DNA from: Bacteroidota bacterium
GTDB taxonomy: Bacteria; Bacteroidota; Bacteroidia; Bacteroidales; UBA6013
Assembly: GCA_020048645.1 (NCBI GenBank)
Contig: JAIFMG010000097.1
Location: forward strand, 1,498-65,497
Length of the DNA: 64,000 nucleotides
Reading direction: 5' to 3'
Shown here: positions 60,494 to 64,000 of the stretch, in pieces
How the letters are laid out: each line of letters begins with the position of its first letter
Numbering within the stretch: the first letter of the stretch is position 1
Program-made: the position numbers and the translations under genes
The notes under the pieces: model-generated
What the model saw: the letters and a program-made list of their open reading frames with translations, nothing else
Databases searched by the model: none
What the model was told of the DNA's origin: nothing

Positions 60494-61897
60494 ATGAAGT
60501 CTTCCCAAAAGCTTCGGGAAAAGCACCTGGCCCAGCTCAATTTCCCCAGCGCCAAGACCAGGGCCTTGGCCACCAACCTGGCCAACGCGTTGCCCGCCAC
60601 AGACCTGGCGAGCAAAATCGCCCTCCTGGGCGAGCTGCTGCGCGACCCGGCCCGCTTCATCGAGCACCAGCGCCTGGCGCCATTGGCCAAAGCCTTGCTC
60701 GCCGAAAGCGGCCAAATTCTTGATTCCCAAGAAATTGAACTGGGAAGCCCCCTACCCTTCCGCGCTTTCGGCCGCCAGCATATCCAGCAGGCGGCCTTTG
60801 AGCAGATGCGCGAAGCCATGCGCCTGCCCGTCGCGAAGGCGGGCGCCCTGATGCCCGACGCGCACGTCGGATACGGCTTGCCCATCGGCGGCGTCCTGGC
60901 GACTTCGGGCGTCGTCATCCCCTATGCCGTTGGCGTTGACATTGGGTGTAGGATGCACCTGTCGCTGTTTGAGCTTCCCGCCAACCACATTTCCAGACAC
61001 AAGCAGCAGCTCGCGCGCATCTTGCAAGACAACACCCGCTTCGGCCTGGAGGGCGAGTTCGACAAGCCGTTCGACGACCCAGTGCTCGAAAGCGCTCTCT
61101 TTCAAGAGCTTCCCATCCTGAAGAAGCACCACAAGAAAGCCGCGCGGCAAATCGGCAGCTCCGGCTCGGGCAACCACTTCGTCGAGTTCGGGAATGTCCA
61201 CCTGGTCGAAAGCCCGCACCTGCCGGGGCTGGCGGCGGGGCAATACGTGGGCCTGCTCTCGCACTCCGGCTCTAGGGGCCTGGGAGCCAGCATCGCCCAG
61301 CACTTCACCAGCCTCGCGGCCCAGCTCGTGGCCCTGCCGAAGGCGGCGCGGCACCTGGCCTGGCTGGCCCTGGACAGCGAAGAGGGCCAGATGTACTGGC
61401 AGGCCATGCGCCTAGCGGGCGACTACGCGCAGGCCAACCACCAGCACATCCACCGCCGCATTGCCAAGGCACTGGGCATCAAGCCTTTGGCCACTATCGA
61501 AAACCACCACAACTTCGCCTGGCTCGAACAGCACGGCGGGCAGGAGCTCGTGGTCCACCGCAAGGGCGCCACGCCGGCGGGCAAGGGAACGCTGGGCATC
61601 ATCCCCGGCTCCATGTCCACGCCCGCCTACCTGGTGGCGGGCAAAGGCCACCCGGACTCGCTGGACTCGGCCTCGCACGGGGCAGGACGGCTGATGTCGC
61701 GGGCGGACGCGAAGGCGCGCATGGCCCCGGCCGTCCTGCGCCAGGAGCTCGAGCAGGCGGGCGTCGTGCTGCTGGGCGGCGGCACCGACGAAGGCCCGCA
61801 CGCCTACAAGGACATCCGCGCGGTGATGCAGGCGCAGGACGAGCTGGTCGAGATACTGGGCACCTTCCAGCCTCGGATCGTGCGCATGGACGGCTAA
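60494..61897 (+). CDS. rtcB: RtcB-family RNA ligase
   Basis: MPDAHVGYGLPIGG, VGVDIGC, GSGNHF, HSGSRG, HHNFA, HRKGAT, PGSM, SHGAGR, AYK. Confidence 0.95.
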   Translation: MKSSQKLREKHLAQLNFPSAKTRALATNLANALPATDLASKIALLGELLRDPARFIEHQRLAPLAKALLAESGQILDSQEIELGSPLPFRAFGRQHIQQAAFEQMREAMRLPVAKAGALMPDAHVGYGLPIGGVLATSGVVIPYAVGVDIGCRMHLSLFELPANHISRHKQQLARILQDNTRFGLEGEFDKPFDDPVLESALFQELPILKKHHKKAARQIGSSGSGNHFVEFGNVHLVESPHLPGLAAGQYVGLLSHSGSRGLGASIAQHFTSLAAQLVALPKAARHLAWLALDSEEGQMYWQAMRLAGDYAQANHQHIHRRIAKALGIKPLATIENHHNFAWLEQHGGQELVVHRKGATPAGKGTLGIIPGSMSTPAYLVAGKGHPDSLDSASHGAGRLMSRADAKARMAPAVLRQELEQAGVVLLGGGTDEGPHAYKDIRAVMQAQDELVEILGTFQPRIVRMDG

Positions 61898-61908
61898 ACG
61901 GCTGGCTA

Positions 61909-62325
61909 TCAGCCTTCTTCGGGCGTGAAGACGTAGAGCGCGCGGATGGGCATCTCCTCCTCGACCCAAGCCTCCCCCGGCTCGGCGTCAGAAAGCTCGA
62001 AGCAGAAGCCCTCGCGGCCGGCGATTTGGTAGCAATCCCAATCGGAGCTCCAGTCGCCGAAGTGGGCGCGCACGTCCTCCAGGGTCGAACCGAGTCCGAT
62101 CTTGCCTTCGAGCTTGCCCTGGAAACCGCCTTCGGCGCCGATCTGCATGAGCGTCTGGCTCGGCTCGTCGATCCAAAACTTGAAATCGCCCTTGGCCAGC
62201 ACGTAGAAGCCTTCGAGGTCGGCCCGCTCGTCGTACTGCCCGATGCGCTCCAACAAAACAGAAACAGGCCAGCCGAGCTGGAAGCCCGCGAGCGATTGGC
62301 CAATGAGGATGCTGTCGTCAGTCAT
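61909..62325 (-). CDS. Hypothetical acidic protein (138 aa)
   Basis: ATG ORF with coding-like codon usage, 70 nt downstream of the res gene. Confidence 0.6.
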   Translation of the reverse strand: MTDDSILIGQSLAGFQLGWPVSVLLERIGQYDERADLEGFYVLAKGDFKFWIDEPSQTLMQIGAEGGFQGKLEGKIGLGSTLEDVRAHFGDWSSDWDCYQIAGREGFCFELSDAEPGEAWVEEEMPIRALYVFTPEEG

Positions 62326-62395
62326 GGGGTGGTGGTTGTTGTGAAGATCGATTCGCAAAAGCATGGACCCTAGCAAAAGCGCGATGGGCGATCAT

Positions 62396-64000
62396 TCAAC
62401 CTTCGTGAATTTGCTTGATCAAATCGAGAATTTTGGTGTGGGAGAACTGCGTCTTGAATTCGATTTTCAGTTTTCCGTTGAAGAATTGCTCGGCATGTTT
62501 GATTTTGAAGCGTTCTTCATCGCGAAGCCCATCCTTGCTGTTCACATCTTTGGTCTCGACGATGAAATGCAGCTTCTGCCCACCATCCCTGAATTTCAAG
62601 ACGTAGGCGAAATCCGGCGAATAGGACTTTCCACCCGCGACGGGAATCCTGATCGAGCTTTTGGGAATCTTGGTGAACACGATAACTTCCTCAATTTCTG
62701 CCTTGATGTTGGCCCTTTCCAGATCCGAATCGTAGTACAATCCTTCCAACAAATAGGATTTCGCGACTTCTTCTTCTGAAAACAGAACACCAATATCCGA
62801 AGAAGAAATTTCATTCAGCACATTTCCTTCGCCGTTCGTGAGTTTGGTGGGATGAATTTGGTTAGAAACATTCTTGTACTCGATCGTGAACCTGTCGATC
62901 GCGTTGGCCATGAGAAAATGGTCGAATTCCTGTTTGATCACCCGAAGTGTCGCCTGGTTCAAATGCCGGTTGATGTCTATTCCCGCATCCCCAATGGCTT
63001 GATGGGCACTTACCATGTTGATGCTCAAGATTGTAGAAAGCTGCTTCAGAAATTCGCTGTATTTCAATGTCGTGATCGCCGCGGTCTTGCGGTTGTAGAT
63101 CGATTCCGTCTCACTGACAAAGGCCTGCTGGCTGTTGAACTCAATCTTGGAGATCCTTTCGTTGATTTGCTCCTGGGCGAAGTTGTTTTTTTGGGATTTG
63201 AGAAACTCCGCGAACAAATTTTGAAACTTCACCTCGTTTTCAAACTTGTACTCGAGGATGACTTTCTCGTTGAGCTTTTCCCAGAGCTGTTGTAGTTCCT
63301 GGTATTTTTCGGTCCGGACAAGAATTTTCTTCTTGGGATCGCTTGCTTTGCGAACTTTGTTCGAATGGACACCTTCAAAAATCAGCGGGAAGAGCTCTTT
63401 GACACGGGCTAAGCCTCCTTCTTGGAAGCTATTGTCCCTTTCGATAATCTCCTTGTTGTCCAAAAAACGCAAAAGTTCTTTTTCGTTTGTAAATTGTTCC
63501 GGATATTTTTGAAGAATGATTTTCTTTAACGGTTCGATGCTGTCGTAGTTCGCTTCCACGGAAACCGATCCCGATTTCTCATTGATTTCTTGGACCAACT
63601 TGTCCACAAAGTCGTTCTCTGTAAAATCGACAAAGTAGTTCAGGTAGAACTGCTCACCTTTGACGCGGTTTCCGTACTCGTTGACGGGCAAACGCAAGCC
63701 GCGGCCAACTTCCTGCAATTTCGAGATTTCACTGCCACTGCTCCGCAGTTTGCAAATCTGGAACACATTCGGATTGTCCCAGCCCTCGCGCAAAGTCCAT
63801 TTCGAGAAAATGAAACGCCGGGGGTTTTCCAAATCGAGCATGGACTGTTTGTCGTGCAAGATCTCATTGATCTCTTTTTCAATGGCTTCATCCTTTTCGG
63901 TATTGTCCTTTGAAAAGTATCCGGCGTGCGTCGCGGAAAGGTCAACCAATGTTTTTTCCAGGTATGCCTTGAATGCTTTGTGCTTGTCAAGGTTCTCGAC
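62396..64000 (-). CDS. res: Type III restriction-modification Res subunit, C-terminal part (5' truncated by the window)
   Basis: RFIFSKWTLREGWDNPNVFQIC, QEVGRGLRL, PD-(D/E)xK nuclease YSPDF...IVETK; frame open to the window edge; AT-rich. Confidence 0.92.
   Translation of the reverse strand, partial: VENLDKHKAFKAYLEKTLVDLSATHAGYFSKDNTEKDEAIEKEINEILHDKQSMLDLENPRRFIFSKWTLREGWDNPNVFQICKLRSSGSEISKLQEVGRGLRLPVNEYGNRVKGEQFYLNYFVDFTENDFVDKLVQEINEKSGSVSVEANYDSIEPLKKIILQKYPEQFTNEKELLRFLDNKEIIERDNSFQEGGLARVKELFPLIFEGVHSNKVRKASDPKKKILVRTEKYQELQQLWEKLNEKVILEYKFENEVKFQNLFAEFLKSQKNNFAQEQINERISKIEFNSQQAFVSETESIYNRKTAAITTLKYSEFLKQLSTILSINMVSAHQAIGDAGIDINRHLNQATLRVIKQEFDHFLMANAIDRFTIEYKNVSNQIHPTKLTNGEGNVLNEISSSDIGVLFSEEEVAKSYLLEGLYYDSDLERANIKAEIEEVIVFTKIPKSSIRIPVAGGKSYSPDFAYVLKFRDGGQKLHFIVETKDVNSKDGLRDEERFKIKHAEQFFNGKLKIEFKTQFSHTKILDLIKQIHEG

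Noticed and set aside
60283-60723. 146-aa ORF across the rtcB leader
   Set aside because: TTG start, Phe/Leu-rich translation of T-runs, crosses a terminator and overlaps rtcB out of frame.

Overview
A 64-kb chromosomal segment of a GC-rich Bacteroidota bacterium. The assignment rests on type IX secretion (T9SS) genes, signal peptides ending in ...A-Q, and TAnnTTTG-type -7 promoter boxes. About 45 protein genes are supported. Housekeeping and envelope genes include LptF/G, lptB, LolC/E, lgt, proC, a DHH/NrnA phosphoesterase, an FKBP PPIase, an aminotransferase, DPP-IV and glycerate kinase. Signalling genes are unusually dense: two membrane SpoIIE/PP2C phosphatases, two HAMP-GAF receptors with no output domain, NtrC and LytTR two-component pairs, a TPR histidine kinase and a propeller-Y_Y_Y sensor with no output domain. 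The window also holds a T9SS-secreted GH81 glucanase, rtcB, and the 3' part of an AT-rich type III restriction gene. No tRNA, rRNA, CRISPR array or transposase was seen. The best candidates for new biology are: (1) an ORF-free, roughly 275-nt U-rich structured RNA with its own promoter and terminator directly upstream of rtcB; (2) a three-gene operon around a tandem-V4R protein interrupted by one in-frame TAG; (3) a minimal T9SS unit whose cargo is only a signal peptide plus a type-B CTD; (4) an orphan ParA with a small putative RHH partner. All calls come from motif recognition by eye; no database search was run.
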